The notes below the pieces were generated by a model that was given only the letters and a program-made list of their open reading frames with translations, was not told the origin of the DNA and did not search any database. 64,000 nt of DNA from Sphaerodactylus townsendi (Eukaryota): the NCBI RefSeq assembly GCF_021028975.2, contig NC_059431.1, positions 70,184,001 to 70,248,000 of the forward strand, written 5' to 3'. Of the stretch, positions 51,181 to 63,690 are shown piece after piece. A program made the translations under genes and the position numbers. Position 1 is the stretch's first letter. Each line of letters begins with the position of its first letter.

Positions 51181-54100
51181 CCTAATGAGCCCAGTCACTG
51201 ACCTTATATCTGCTTAGGTTCAGCAGGGTTACTATAGTACATGCCCTCCAACGTAACTCTGGAAACACTGATTTTTCCTTCAGTAAAATCTGTATGACAT
51301 CCATCAAAACAAGTAAAAAGTGTTCAGTTCACTAAATCTTCTTATTAAATGATTTTTTGCAAATTTTGAGGTGCTTCTTATTTTGATTTTTAATTTCTGA
51401 ATCGCTGCTTAGTGATTTTTTAAACTCTCAATTTAATATGGATGACAAATGCATAGGAGCAGAGCTCGACTGCAATGGTGACTTCAATAATGCAGCCCAC
51501 TTAGATTTTGCCATCTGGTTGTAAGCAAGAATTATATTTCTTGCCTGCTTCATCTGTTTGTATTACCAGACAGGGAATAGGAGCAACACCTGTAATTGGG
51601 GCCAGAATAGCTGTGGGATCATAGGGATACAGGGAGAGAGAACTCATACTAAGCAGCTGTTATGGCAACCATCATTTCCATCCTGAGTTCTACTGAAAGA
51701 GAGATCCACCAGCATTTGTAAATTGCCATCAGTGGCCTGGCTTTTTCTTTACATTGCCAGTTTGAGTAGTAGCAAAGATATTTTTGAAGAAGCCTGAATG
51801 TGTTAAGAGTTTTTGCAGTGGGGACGGGGAGCATCCATTTCAGTAATCCTGACCTAGTCACAGGCAGATACAGAAATAGGTGTGGGACATCAGTTAAGGG
51901 GAAGTTCAGGCAGTTTTCTGTCTCATGATCCCTTTTCAGTCTCTTGCATTGATAAAACATATGCTGCTCTTATAAAAGTCTTACTATTAAATAACAGCTC
52001 AGACAAATCTAAAAAAACTCTAATCCAGAACTTGGTCCAAGATTAAAGAGTCAACCTGGTTTATATCACCAAGACTTGGCAGGATGAGTTGTTAGGATCC
52101 AGCCTCCAGTAACGTCCATTAGGTTTCTAGGTGGTTCAACAGTCTAGCAAGGGGGTGGGTGTCATTTATAATAATAGGATTCCTTTTTTCAGGTGCACTG
52201 TCAGAGTCCAGATTTTGACTAACTGGACAGATTAAAGTATACAATCTCATATTTTCTACAGGGCCAATTGCTGGCGGCAGACAGGGTCTGGCCCTAGCCT
52301 CTCCAGGACTCTGGGGACTGTCAATCTGATGGGTGAATTAGTTTGGGTCCTTTTTTTTTACCCACTAGTTTTGATTCAATCCTGGATTGGTAATGTGTGC
52401 ACTGGCAGTTCGTCTTTTAGAAACAGCCTCTCTATTAGGTTTTTCTCTTTCCTCCCTGACTTTCCGTAGACTTTACTTTCACTTTCTTTGGGAATTTTAT
52501 TTCATTTTTGGGCTCTTTGTTTTTCTTCTTTTTTTACTGGATCTGCAGTATGGTTCTTTTAAATAAGATGAAGGATTATAAAACTTTTTTAAAAAATAAG
52601 AAATGGTTAAGTTTTTTTCTACCGGACTGGATTTACATTGTGTGAAGTGTGAAACAAGTCTCCAAACTCATTAAAAGGATTACAAGAGTGTTTTACTTAA
52701 AAGGATTTACAATTGACAGGCAATAAACAGGCAATAAAAAAATAAACTACATCTATTCTTCTGACAAGGACTATGTGAACTTTTTGCTATGGTCGTGATA
52801 AGAGGCTTTCTGAGCATTTACTAGCATCAACGGGTACCTTGGCAGAAGCTGAAGTTTGTTGTTGGTGAAGCTGAACTGAAAGTTTCTTATGAATATTTAT
52901 CTTCATTCCACTCTAATAACATTTTAATAAGATTAATTTTTCTTCAGCCAGAGCCCTGCGGGAACGAGAATTAGCCCTTATCAAGATGTTTATATCTCAA
53001 TATAAACAACTGACTTCCAACTTCTTTGGAAATTGCCTTACTTATTTTAATACACTGTTATCATCTTGTGCCATCTTGTGGCTTTGCTGGAACTACAGTT
53101 AGCAATTAAAAATTTTAAACTCCATTGGCAGATAAATGACCTTGAAAAACTGAATAGAGTTTGTGCTATCTGAGTTTCAGAACAACTTTTGGTTTTTCTC
53201 GTTTCTTGTTCTTTTTTTTATCTTTTTGACAATTTCTATATAATTTTGGACAACTGGATTTTTTTAGCCCCCTTTAACGTACTAAAATCATACTAAATTT
53301 GGTTTGGTATAGGTTTAGGATAGGTTTACTGTACCTATCAGGATTAATACACTAATATACTACCTGTGGATTTAAGAATTTTATCACTCCCCAGCTTTCT
53401 CTACTATCTTTACCCAGTGTTTCTACTTATTCTATCCCAGTGTTATTATCCTTTTATTATTAATATTTTGTTATTTTTTATTAATAACTATTTTAAAGAA
53501 ACAAAACTGAACTGTTTATTGTTGGCTTAATATTCTAGATAATATTGTAAACTTAAATGTAGTTGAGATAATTATACACAAAGTATTTGAATTGTATATA
53601 TAGTAATTGCATTTTTAAAAATCCCAAGATGAATGTTGTAACATTGATTACAGAACACTGTTCAAGGTCAAAAAAGGAATGTGTTGTTTCAAAATATAAA
53701 CTGATTTATGCCATGTTATGTCTTCTGCTAGAACCAAGCATAAAAAGGTTCCTTCAGATAGTTTTTTAAAAAGTAGTAGCTCAAGAAATGGCTGCAAACT
53801 CTGCAGAGATGATTAAACAACTTCAAACAATATCTGCTCAAATCAGTAAATCAGAAAATAGTATGAAACAGGAGATTGAAAACATAAAACAAGAAATTAA
53901 ACTATCAGAACTTACTACTAAGGAAGAGGTGACAAGGAAATTAAAGAGCATCAGACAAGAGATAGCTTCAGGTTCAGCTGCCATTAAAGGAAATATCCAA
54001 GAGAATACACAAGATATGGTGAAAATAAACACAACAAGAATTTTATTGTCAAATGGATATTTAAAAAACTAGTGGAAGTCAAGGAGAGAATTGATATTTT

Positions 54101-57100
54101 AGAAGTTCAAGGAAGAGTTAATACCCTGCAATTTAGAGGAATATCAGAGACAATTAGCAAAAAATATCTTGAAGCTGAATTCTATGACATTTTAGAAATA
54201 TATGTTCCAGATGGAGATGATTTCCTTGACTTTGAACAAATGTATAGAATCAACTTGAGATTTGCTGCAAGAAATAAAGTACCAAGAGATAGTGAAATTT
54301 GCACACTAGAAAGCTAGAGTTTCTATTCTTAAAAGGCAACAATCTCAACCACTTGTGGAAAAGACTGAGATATCCATCTTGCAAGATTTACCAAGCTCAC
54401 TTTTGAAGACAATAATTCAATTTCTTCTGAAATTCTACTGACAAAATAAATCAAATACTATTGGAAAATTCCATGTTCACTGGAAAAGTCCTTACTTACC
54501 AGGAAAAAGACCACAGACCTGACTCCAAGGGGAAACAATTAGACCAAAAGGAAGAAAACAAACTTAGTGCAGCAGCAGCTCTCCTTCCAAATAACTGATC
54601 ATGAAGATCTTTTCAGTTAATGTCAGCAGTTTGAATTCTCTTTGAAAAAAACCCAAAATAGTTAACCACTTACAGAAGCAAATAATGCAGATATCATCTG
54701 TATTCATGAAATCCATATTAAAACTGAACATTTACAAAATGATAACAAATTCGGCAACACATATATAGCTTCAACAAATACTAAGAAAAGGGGCACTGTC
54801 ACCTGTATTAAACCTCAGAAGATTATTGTGGCCAAAGAATTTAAACATCCAGATGAAAGATTTATTTTGTTAAAACTTAATTTATCACAAGGTAAAGCAT
54901 GTGTTTTAATAAACATATGTGGACCAAATAATTCAAGAGAAAAATTCTTCAAAAAACTCAAGTTATTTATATTTTCAAGAGGATGAATTATACTAATTGG
55001 AGATATGAATGAAGCATTTGACTTAAACATGGATAAATCCAAAATGCTAAAAAAGAATACCCAAGAATGTGTATTCATATATTGAACCTGACTGATCTAT
55101 GGTGAAACAACAACCCCCAAACAAGAGGCTATACATTTTTCACATCAACATCAAACCTATTCAAGAACTGACATTACAAAGACATTAATTACAAACATTG
55201 AAAATATATTTTACCACAGACCATTGCAGATCACAACCTACTTGAACTCATACTGAGAAAAGGCAGAAATGGACAAAGATGATGGAGAATGGATGATAAT
55301 TTGATGTTACAGAAAGAAGTGGTGAGACAATGTCAAGAAAATTTAGAAGAATTCTTTAAAATCAATAAAATGGAGGGTGTGCCAATTAAAACAGTTAGGG
55401 ATGCAAGCATACATGGGAGGAAGATTAATTGCCACAGCATCCAAACAGAATTTTTTTTTAAAAAAATAGAAAACATCATGGAGTAGCTAAAAAATGTGGA
55501 GGAAAAACATAAAAAGGTATGGAATGTTTTTAAAGGAGATTTGATTTTAAAGACTTACTCAATTAGACTTACTAAAAACAGAGGAAATGAAAAAAACCTT
55601 GCATTTTTAAAACAGAAAACATTTGAACATGCAAACAAACCTGGCAAATTTTTGGCATACAGTTTACAAAAGCAAATAGAAAGAAGGTCAATTAATAAAT
55701 GTTTAAAAAATGATAAAGCAACTACAGTAGAAAAAGAAATCCAAGAATAATTTGTCCAATTTTATTCAGGGTTATATAAAAAAGATATCAACAAAGAAGT
55801 ATTACAGGAATATACTAAGGAAAATTCCACTTGAAAATTTTACCATTAAGCATCATGAAATACTTAATCAGAATATACTGATTCAAGAGTTGTCACAGGC
55901 AATTAAATATTTTTTTAAGGCAAGGTACCTGGTCCAAATGTCCTAACCACAGAACATTACAAAAGATGGGGAGAAATTAAGCTTAACATTATTAGATGTG
56001 ATGAATTCTTTAGATTCTCCTGACAAACTGCCATCTTCATGGTAAGATGCACATACAACACTGATTTACAAAAAAGGCCTCAACCCAGAAACACCAAAAT
56101 CATACAGGCCTATCTCATTACTGAATGTTGATTATAAACTGTTCACATCAATTATGACAACCAGATTGAGAAGATGTACAAATAAAATAATTCATGAAGA
56201 CCAAACTGGTTTTATTTCCAAAAGATTTATGAAGAATAATATACTATTTTTTTATAAATGCCTTCAAATATGCCTAGTCAAAGAAAATGAAAAGCGCCTT
56301 TATTTTTTTTAGATTCTGAAAAGGCCTTTGATAATATTTCGTTGGACTTTATGTTGACACTACTAGAATATTTAAAATGCAGAGATAAGTTTTATAATTG
56401 GATTCAGAGTATGTATACCATGCAATGAGCAAATGTTTTAATAAATGGTCTTCTTACTGAAGAATTACAGATAGAAAAGGGCACCAAACCAACATGTTCT
56501 CTAGCTCCATTGTCATTCAGTTTGGTACTAGAAATGATGGAATTGGCAATAAAACAAGATCCCAAAATAAATGGAATTCAAGTCAATAATGATGGAATTT
56601 AAACTGAAATGCTATGCAGATGATGTAGTAGTAATGCTCATGAATCCCCAACAATCAGTTAAATGTCTGATGGAATTAAGATATATGGATCTTTTTCTGG
56701 CTGTAAAATTAATAGAAATAAAACTAAAATTATTCCAAATGTTCTAACAGAACAAGAAGTACAAAGGGGCCAGGAACTTACAAACTGTTATGTTAATTCC
56801 AAAACTGTGAGATATTAGCATATATAAATAACTGGACACAATGAAAAGTTATGTAAATAAAATTGGATGCTTGGAAAAAAAATAAAAGAAGTCCTACTAA
56901 GATTCAAAGTTTTACAAGATGAAAAGAAAAGAAGAGGGTGTACCATTCCTAATATCAGACTTTATTATCAGGCAGCTGGGCTGATTTGGATTATAGATTG
57001 GATTAAACATCCAAGATGAAGAATAATTAAATTAGAGATGCATAATTTGAAGGCAGGTACACATTATTATATATGGCTGAAAAGTTATCATACTTGAAAG

Positions 57101-57745
57101 AAACATATTAAAAGCATGCAACAATGAAATTAATTGGAATACTGATAAAGCCACATAAACATCTCAGCATGCCAACTTCACTTTTAATGTCTCCTATAGA
57201 AGCCAATTATGATGTGAATACCTAAAAGAATAAAGATCCTATGTTATATAAAGATATGATTAACAACCAAGGAAAAATTAAATTGTGGCAAGAAGTTAAT
57301 TAGATGGGGAAAACATTCAATGGAAGACATACTTTCAAATCACTTCAAGATTAAGGAGAAATTTAAAGATAACAGGAGGTGAAATGTCAGAATTTGAAAA
57401 AGAAATTGATCAACAAAAACAACATTTAATAGAAAGAATCTATAAGATATTACTTAACAAGTTAAGAATGGTATTATAAAATGGATGCAAAATCTTCAAA
57501 AGAAGATCAATTTCCAGCAGTGGGAAACACTATGGATAAAAAACATTAAATTTCCTACCAGTCAACAGTTGAAAGAAAATTGGTAGAAAATGTTTTACAG
57601 ATGATGAATAACCCAAGAAGATATTTTTTAAATGCCCAAAAAATATAAGGGCATGTATTGGAAATACCAAGAAAAACCTGGTTCGTTCTTTCACATGTGA
57701 TGTACCTGTAACAAGATTTTTTAAATGTGCATACTAATTCACACA

Positions 57746-58243
57746 GGCCCTTTCCGCACGGAGGCGGAAGGGCTTGTGTCGGCGTTTCTGACGCCGACCC
57801 GACGACGCTGGGACCGTCTGCATGGACGGTCCCAGAAAGAACTGGGAAGACGGCGCCGCTGGACGCCGTCACCCGGTCGACTCACCTGCTCTCCAGCCCT
57901 CCGGCGCGTCGCCTGGGGACAAGCCTCCCCTGCCCTGCGCACCTGCTTCCGTGTCGCAGAGCAGGGGGGCGTGTCCCCAGGCCCCGGCGACGCGCCGCAG
58001 GGCCGGAGAGCAAGTGAGTGAAGGCAGTGAGTGGGGGGGGGGGGAAGCGCCGGGAAGCTTCCAGCCGGCGTTTTCCGAAAAGTGCGCTTCCCAGCGCACT
58101 CTGAAAACACCAGCTCGGCGCCGGGCGGGTGGCACAAGGGTGGCGCGGCTGCAAAGCAGCTGCGCCCCCTGTGCGAATGGCGGCCTCGGGACGGCGTTTT
58201 CGCTGTCCCCAGGCCGCCATATTCCGCCCATGTGGAAATGGCC
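57746..58243. mobile_element. PIF/Harbinger-type MITE nested in L1 ORF2
   Basis: TIRs GGCCCTTTCCGCACGG / CCATGTGGAAATGGCC. Flanks ACA/ACG. Very CpG-rich. Confidence 0.8.
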
Positions 58244-58603
58244 ACGGAAATGTTTTTTTTAAAAAGTCAAAATTCCAGACAAACCCCCAAGCTAAGCTGT
58301 TGGGAATTTTACCCAAAAATCTATCCAAAAAGCATCAAGAACTATTTTTGTACTTAACAACAGCAAGAACCACTATTGCTTCCACTTGGAGAATGGAAAG
58401 AATTTGCTCACAAGAGATTTGGGAGGAAAAATACAGTATTATTGTATGGTGACATTAACTCATTTTGTAAACAAAAGATCTTACCCATGAATTTAAAGGA
58501 AAATGGGAGTCTTATTCTATTATAAAATATAAAGTATTATTTAACTTGTGCAGCTGTTACGATTTGAATATAGAAGTATATAAATGTAGGTATATTTCCT
58601 TAA

Positions 58604-58921
58604 GGAGAAGCAGTGACATAGGAGGTTAAGAGCTCGTGTATCTAATCTGGAGAAACCGGGTTTGATTCCCAGCTCTGCCGCCTGAGCTGTGGAGGCTTAT
58701 CTGGGGAATTCAGATTAGCCTGTACACTCCCACACACGCCAGCTGGGTGACCTTGGGCTAGTCACAGCTTCTCGGAGCTCTCTCAGCCCCATCTACCTCA
58801 CAGGGTGTTTGTTGTGAGGGGTGAAGGGCAAGGAGATTGTAAGTCCCTTGGAGTCTCCCACAGGAGAGAAAGGGGAGATATAAATCCAAACTCTTCTTCT
58901 TCTTCTTCTTCTTCTTCTTCT
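58604..58921 (+). mobile_element. Squam3-like tRNA SINE with (CTT)n tail
   Basis: B-box GGTTTGATTCCC; core and tail as in 1485-1782. Confidence 0.85.
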
Positions 58922-59001
58922 ACTATTGATAAGTAATTTTAAATTAATCAATTATAAGGCTGCAGGAAATATTTGCTTTCTTTTACATCAACAATATTAT
59001 C

Positions 59002-59201
59002 TGGGGTGCTGTGTGGTTTCCGGGCTGTATGGCCGTGTTCTAGCAGCATTCTCTCCTGACGTTTCGCCTACATCTGTGGCTGGCATCTTCAGAGGATCTG
59101 ATTCAGAGATGCTCTGAAGATGCCAGCCACAGATGCAGGCGAAACGTCAGGAGAGAAAGCACCCCAGTGATTCCAGCCGTGAAAGCCTTCGACAATACAA
59201 G
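59002..59201. mobile_element. Penelope-like element remnant (inverted pair) flanked by AATATTATC direct repeats
   Basis: Inverted arms near 59049-59094 and 59112-59157. PLE terminal motif GCCGTGAAAGCCTTCGACAATAC. AATATTATC at 58993-59001 and 59202-59210. Confidence 0.85.
59054..59096 (-). ncRNA. Minimal type I hammerhead ribozyme motif (PLE-associated)
   Basis: Minus strand: TCCT-CTGAAGA-T-GCC(agccacagatgta)GGC-GAAA-CGTC-AGGA. Core CUGANGA/GAAA, stem I UCCU/AGGA, stem II GCC/GGC, palindromic ACGU mini-stem III and a GUC cleavage triplet. Confidence 0.7.
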
Positions 59202-59404
59202 AATATTATCACCGCTTATTTAAATCCCTTCAGTATTATTTACAATTAACACAGATCCATCTTTTATGTTTGTATACTATTATTATTTTTCCTGTGTTTT
59301 TTATGTTGTTATGCTATATGAAAAACCAATTGTTTAAAAGTGAAATTAAAGTGACATAAGGTAGGGTTTTTTTCCTCCATTCTTTGTTCTTTACTATACT
59401 CAGA

Positions 59405-59542
59405 TCATGTTTTCCAGATGTTCAGGAACTACATATTCTTATCAGCTTTCTCTTACCAGCATGGCCAATTGGCCATGCTGACAGAGGCTGATGGGAATTG
59501 TAGTTCCTGAACATCTGGAGAGCCGCAGGTTCCCTACCCCTG
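59405..59542. mobile_element. Palindromic hAT-type MITE
   Basis: CCAGATGTTCAGGAACTACA ... TGTAGTTCCTGAACATCTGG arms, central CAGCATGGCCAATTGGCCATGCTG, end GGTTCCCTACCCCTG. Confidence 0.75.
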
Positions 59543-59834
59543 TTCTACACATAGCAAGGGCCAAGACAACCTGTCTGAGACATGATCTAGGCTAGCTATA
59601 CAGAACTCTCCAGACACAACAGTTTATAAATGTAATCTGTAGTTTATCTCATATCTATGTCTACAATCATCTACAGCAACTTTACTAGGCATATTCAGCT
59701 GCACAATTGATCCAAAGGATGCTGACACATATAGAAACAACAAATACTTCAGTATACAAACCACTTCTGAATAGGACCTCTTAGAAAAATATATAATCCT
59801 ACTACTAATAGGATACAGATAATGCGTATACTGT

Positions 59835-60351
59835 GGCTCTTTCCACACGGGCCAGGGGACGTGGGCTACAGCCGGGATAATTGATCCCGATGTAGCCCTG
59901 GGGCTGTTCGCATGCTCCCATGCAAGCAGCCCCATGGTTGCTGTGACTTGCTGACACGCCTCTGCATGAAGGCACATCCTTTTTAAAAAAACTTACCTTC
60001 TTCCCTGTGCAGCCCTGCAGGGACAAGGGGGTGGGCCCCCGTGGCCATGGCTGATGCCTCAGGGGCCAGAGGGCCGATCACCCTCTTCTGCAGAGTTGCG
60101 CAGGAGAGAATATAAATTTTAAAAAATGCGGACAAAAGCGGCAGCTGACACCCAGGGTCCTTTGCACGGATGCGGTGGTAACCCGTGATATTCAAAAAGA
60201 ATTGCACATAGCGCGATTATCGAATATCCCAAGTTCTGCCATTTAACCTGGGGCAGGGCCGATTTAGGCACGAGACCCGTGCAAAGTTCCTGCCCCAAAT
60301 GGTTTTAATCCCCAGCCTGATCCAGGTTAAATGGCCCGTGCAGAAAGGGCC
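59835..60351. mobile_element. PIF/Harbinger-type MITE
   Basis: TIRs GGCTCTTTCCACACGGG / CCCGTGCAGAAAGGGCC. 3-bp TSD TGT/TGT. Confidence 0.8.
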
Positions 60352-60825
60352 TGTCTTAGAATTTAATCCGTTTCAGTAAACACTACTCTAACATCTGCAT
60401 TTAATTAATGAACATCATACTAATTGTCAAATAGGTGATTCTACTGCTGTCTCCATAAAGGAAACTCAGGCCTGTTCACATGCATGTTATATATGTGTGA
60501 CAGGGTATGAAAGCAAACCTCAAGTTTGTACACCATTCTACACTACACATACATAAAGAAAATAGATCCATCAGCCTGCTTGTTCCTTAGCTGCCTGGCC
60601 ATCTGTCTACTGCTACTATCAGCCTGAGCTGGATGCTGCCACCACCACGATCCTTAAGTTAAGTAGCAGAAAAGTAAGTGGGCCTGTAAGAGGGGAGCAA
60701 CTGGATTAACTTAAAGGAGAGTCACAGTTCAGAAAACAGAATTTCCACATGGTAGTTCAATATAGTTAGGTGCTTTACAGCAGAACTTAGGTAGCTTTTG
60801 GGGGGCATCAAAGCTTGTGAGATTA

Positions 60826-60987
60826 TCAAGGCAGGAGACATTCAGAGGTGGTTTACCATTGCCTGCCTCTATGTTATAACTCCAGTACTCCTAGGAGGTC
60901 TCCCATCCAAATAATTGCCAGGGTCAACCCCAGTTAACTTCTGAGATCTGACGAGATCAGGCTAGCCTGGCCTATTCAGGTCTAGAC
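60826..60987 (-). mobile_element. 5S rRNA-derived SINE, partial
   Basis: GGTCTCCCATCCAAAT...CTTCTGAGATCTGACGAGATCAGG is the reverse complement of the 5S internal region. Confidence 0.8.
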
Positions 60988-61619
60988 ATAGGTGGCTTGC
61001 TCATCTCTGATCTCTAAAGCTATACTGGTCTATTTGGTACTGCAAATGTATTACGGGTTGAAGCCGTTATAACGGAACCCACTTTCCTTTTTCCTGTTCA
61101 CATGTACGCAATGCAGTGCAGCAATTGGAGCCCATGGAAACAATCTGGGTTGGTTTCACGCCTTTGCACGGAGAGGATTCTTTTTGTGTACTTCCTTCAA
61201 CACATGCATACAGAAATGAACCCACACAATCATGCTGAATGTCCCACAATACGATACTAATTTAGCCAAGAAGACAAAACTCTTTGGAAAGAGAAAATGT
61301 CAGAAGCCTCTTCTGGAAAGAAATAAAGGTCAGAAGCCTCAATTTTCCCACTCCATATAATAAAGGCTGGTGCTGCAATTGCATCATAAGGGAAGACGGA
61401 ATGAATATAAAGCAAATTTTTTAAAAATGTAAAAGCAACTCAGAACAATGTCATCTGGATTCTTGTAAAACCTGAGAAATATGATGCCCATTCCAGCCTA
61501 AATAGCTATTATAAAACACTGAAAAAAACATTGATATCACATAAAAATATAAAATGCAAACTGCTACTACCACAAATAACTATGGAAAGGTACAGCCAGA
61601 AGGTACGGATATCTTCTGT

Positions 61620-61991
61620 CAGAGGTGTATGGTGGGAAAATGGCGCCTGGAGACAGGTGTTTTCCGGGGGGGCCCACCGGTATGCCAGGGGGTGGGGCCC
61701 CACCCCCCGAGCCTCATGTCTCCCTCCCGACTCTCAGCCGGCAGCCAGCTGTCCCAGAGGGGAGGGCAGAAGGGACTGCCAACTGGGAGCCAAGGGGGGG
61801 GGGTGAGGCTTAGGGGCAGTTTCCTCTGGTTTCCTTGGCCCTGCCCACGTTGATGACAACATGGGTGGGGTCGAGGGCATCCGAAGATGACGAGGCAGCA
61901 GGATTTCCTGCTGCCTTGCATTCTTCCACTTTTGGCCCCCCACATGACCAGATTAGTGGCGCCCGGGGACTGAGGGGCAGATACGCCACTG
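61620..61991. mobile_element. Non-autonomous hAT element
   Basis: TIRs CAGAGGTGTAT / ATACGCCACTG. 8-bp TSD TCTTCTGT/TCTTCTTT. Confidence 0.75.
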
Positions 61992-62821
61992 TCTTCTTTA
62001 TACTACATACATTCTCTCTTATTTTCACTTTATACTTCACTTATTATTTTTTTAAAATTAAAATTAAAATTATTTTATAAAAACCTTTTTGCTGAGAACA
62101 CCCCCCACCCAAAATAGTTTTGTATACCAAGTCACGTATGTAACCGCATATATATCCCAACTTTGTCTCAAAACAGACCACTAAAAGATTGTCACTGTTA
62201 CTGTTTTGCTTTACCACCATTCTGAAGAAGTGAACTTCCATGGTACACTTTAGGTTTAGTTGCATGTTGCCTGTGATCATTTCAACCATGAAAATCATCC
62301 ACAGACAGTATTACCAGCTATCACTATTTCCTGCTTCACTCGTCTGCAAATGTAAATAACCTTACCAGGAAATCACAATGGTCTCATTCCACTTCTTGGC
62401 AAGTAATTTATTAGCAACTCACTGTTACACATCCTTGCACTATCTACACTAATCTGTTACACAGCACTAAGCAGGGAAATACTATCAAACAAAATGTAAA
62501 ACATCTGTCAAAACAAATGACCAAAGTACCTTGCCCTTCCTGATTTCTTAGTAGTAATATCTGCATGCTTTCTTTCAAGTTCACAAGTATTCAGAATGAA
62601 GTAATGACAAGTAACTTCTATGATGTAGTAAAATTGCCACGCCAAATCTTACTGCATCAAACAAGGAGTTTGTGTTTCATTTCTCTTGAGATCTTTTTTC
62701 TTTCAAAAAAAATTGAGTCAAAAGTAGTTCATTTTCCCAGAACAGGAAGAAAACAAAAAACCACATATTTATCAAATAATTTAAAATAATTCATCTTGCT
62801 ACCTCAATTAAATTAGATTCT

Positions 62822-63113
62822 NNNNNNNNNNNNNNNNNNNNNNNNNNNNNNNNNNNNNNNNNNNNNNNNNNNNNNNNNNNNNNNNNNNNNNNNNNNNNNN
62901 NNNNNNNNNNNNNNNNNNNNNNNNNNNNNNNNNNNNNNNNNNNNNNNNNNNNNNNNNNNNNNNNNNNNNNNNNNNNNNNNNNNNNNNNNNNNNNNNNNNN
63001 NNNNNNNNNNNNNNNNNNNNNNNNNNNNNNNNNNNNNNNNNNNNNNNNNNNNNNNNNNNNNNNNNNNNNNNNNNNNNNNNNNNNNNNNNNNNNNNNNNNN
63101 NNNNNNNNNNNNN
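62822..63113. other. Assembly gap (292 N)
   Basis: Run of N. Confidence 1.
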
Positions 63114-63690
63114 ACTGAACCACTGATTTTAACCGCTCAAGAGTGGGCCATTAGAACAAATATGGTCAAGGCTAGAATCTAAAAATCCTCAGATGATGTA
63201 AACTGCAAATTGTGCAAGGAAGCCAACGAGACTGTAGATCATGTATTCAGCTGCAGCAAAAAGATAGCCCAGAATGAGTACAAACAGGTACAACTCAATG
63301 GCCAAGATGATCCACTGAAATTTATGCAAGAATTACATTAGGACAGCTAAAACCTGGTGGGAACGTTGTCCAGAGAAAGTCATGGAAAATGAGAAGGTCA
63401 AGAGCTTGTGAGACTTTCCAATCCAAACAAACAAAATATGGGCACATAATACTCCGGACATCACAGTGATTGTGGACAAGAAAGTGACCATCATCCTCAT
63501 AGCATTACCTGATCATTGAAAAAGAATAGGAGAAGGTCACTACATACCACGATTTGAAAATTGAACTTCAGCGACTATGGCACAAACCAGCTGAGGTTGT
63601 CCTAGTGGTAATCGGTACCCTGGGCTCCATTCCAAACACACTGCGACAGCACTTAAAACATCTTCAAACACAAAGCTGCTTTGGATCACC
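63114..63690 (+). mobile_element. Dong/R4-clade LINE 3' fragment (CCHC plus restriction-like endonuclease)
   Basis: AQE.AIRTN...CKLCKEANETVDHVFS.C, HNTPDITVI, and Y.DLKIELQRLW.K...VV.VVIGTLG. Decayed; truncated by the gap. Confidence 0.8.

Larger units (their letters stand above)
52150..59340 (+). mobile_element. Near full-length but dead L1 LINE (ORF1 about 53788-54590; ORF2 about 54601-58500), antisense to NTRK2
   Basis: Coiled-coil ORF1 (MAANSAEMIKQLQ...). APE endonuclease start MKIFSVNV..LN and ADIICI.E.H. RT motifs YRPISLLNVDYKLF, IHEDQTGF, DSEKAFD and YADD. Many frameshifts and stops. Hosts a MITE, a SINE and a PLE. Ends approximate. Confidence 0.85.

Noticed and set aside
53788-54317. 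Coiled-coil host protein gene
   Set aside because: It is frameshifted L1 ORF1, lying directly upstream of the L1 endonuclease and RT remnants.
1485-60987. Strand bias: all three tRNA SINEs on plus and all three 5S SINEs on minus
   Set aside because: Three copies each is too few to distinguish from chance.
62362-62435. Possible minus-strand exon ending TTCCTG|gtaagg
   Set aside because: No TrkB-like translation in any frame and no convincing acceptor.
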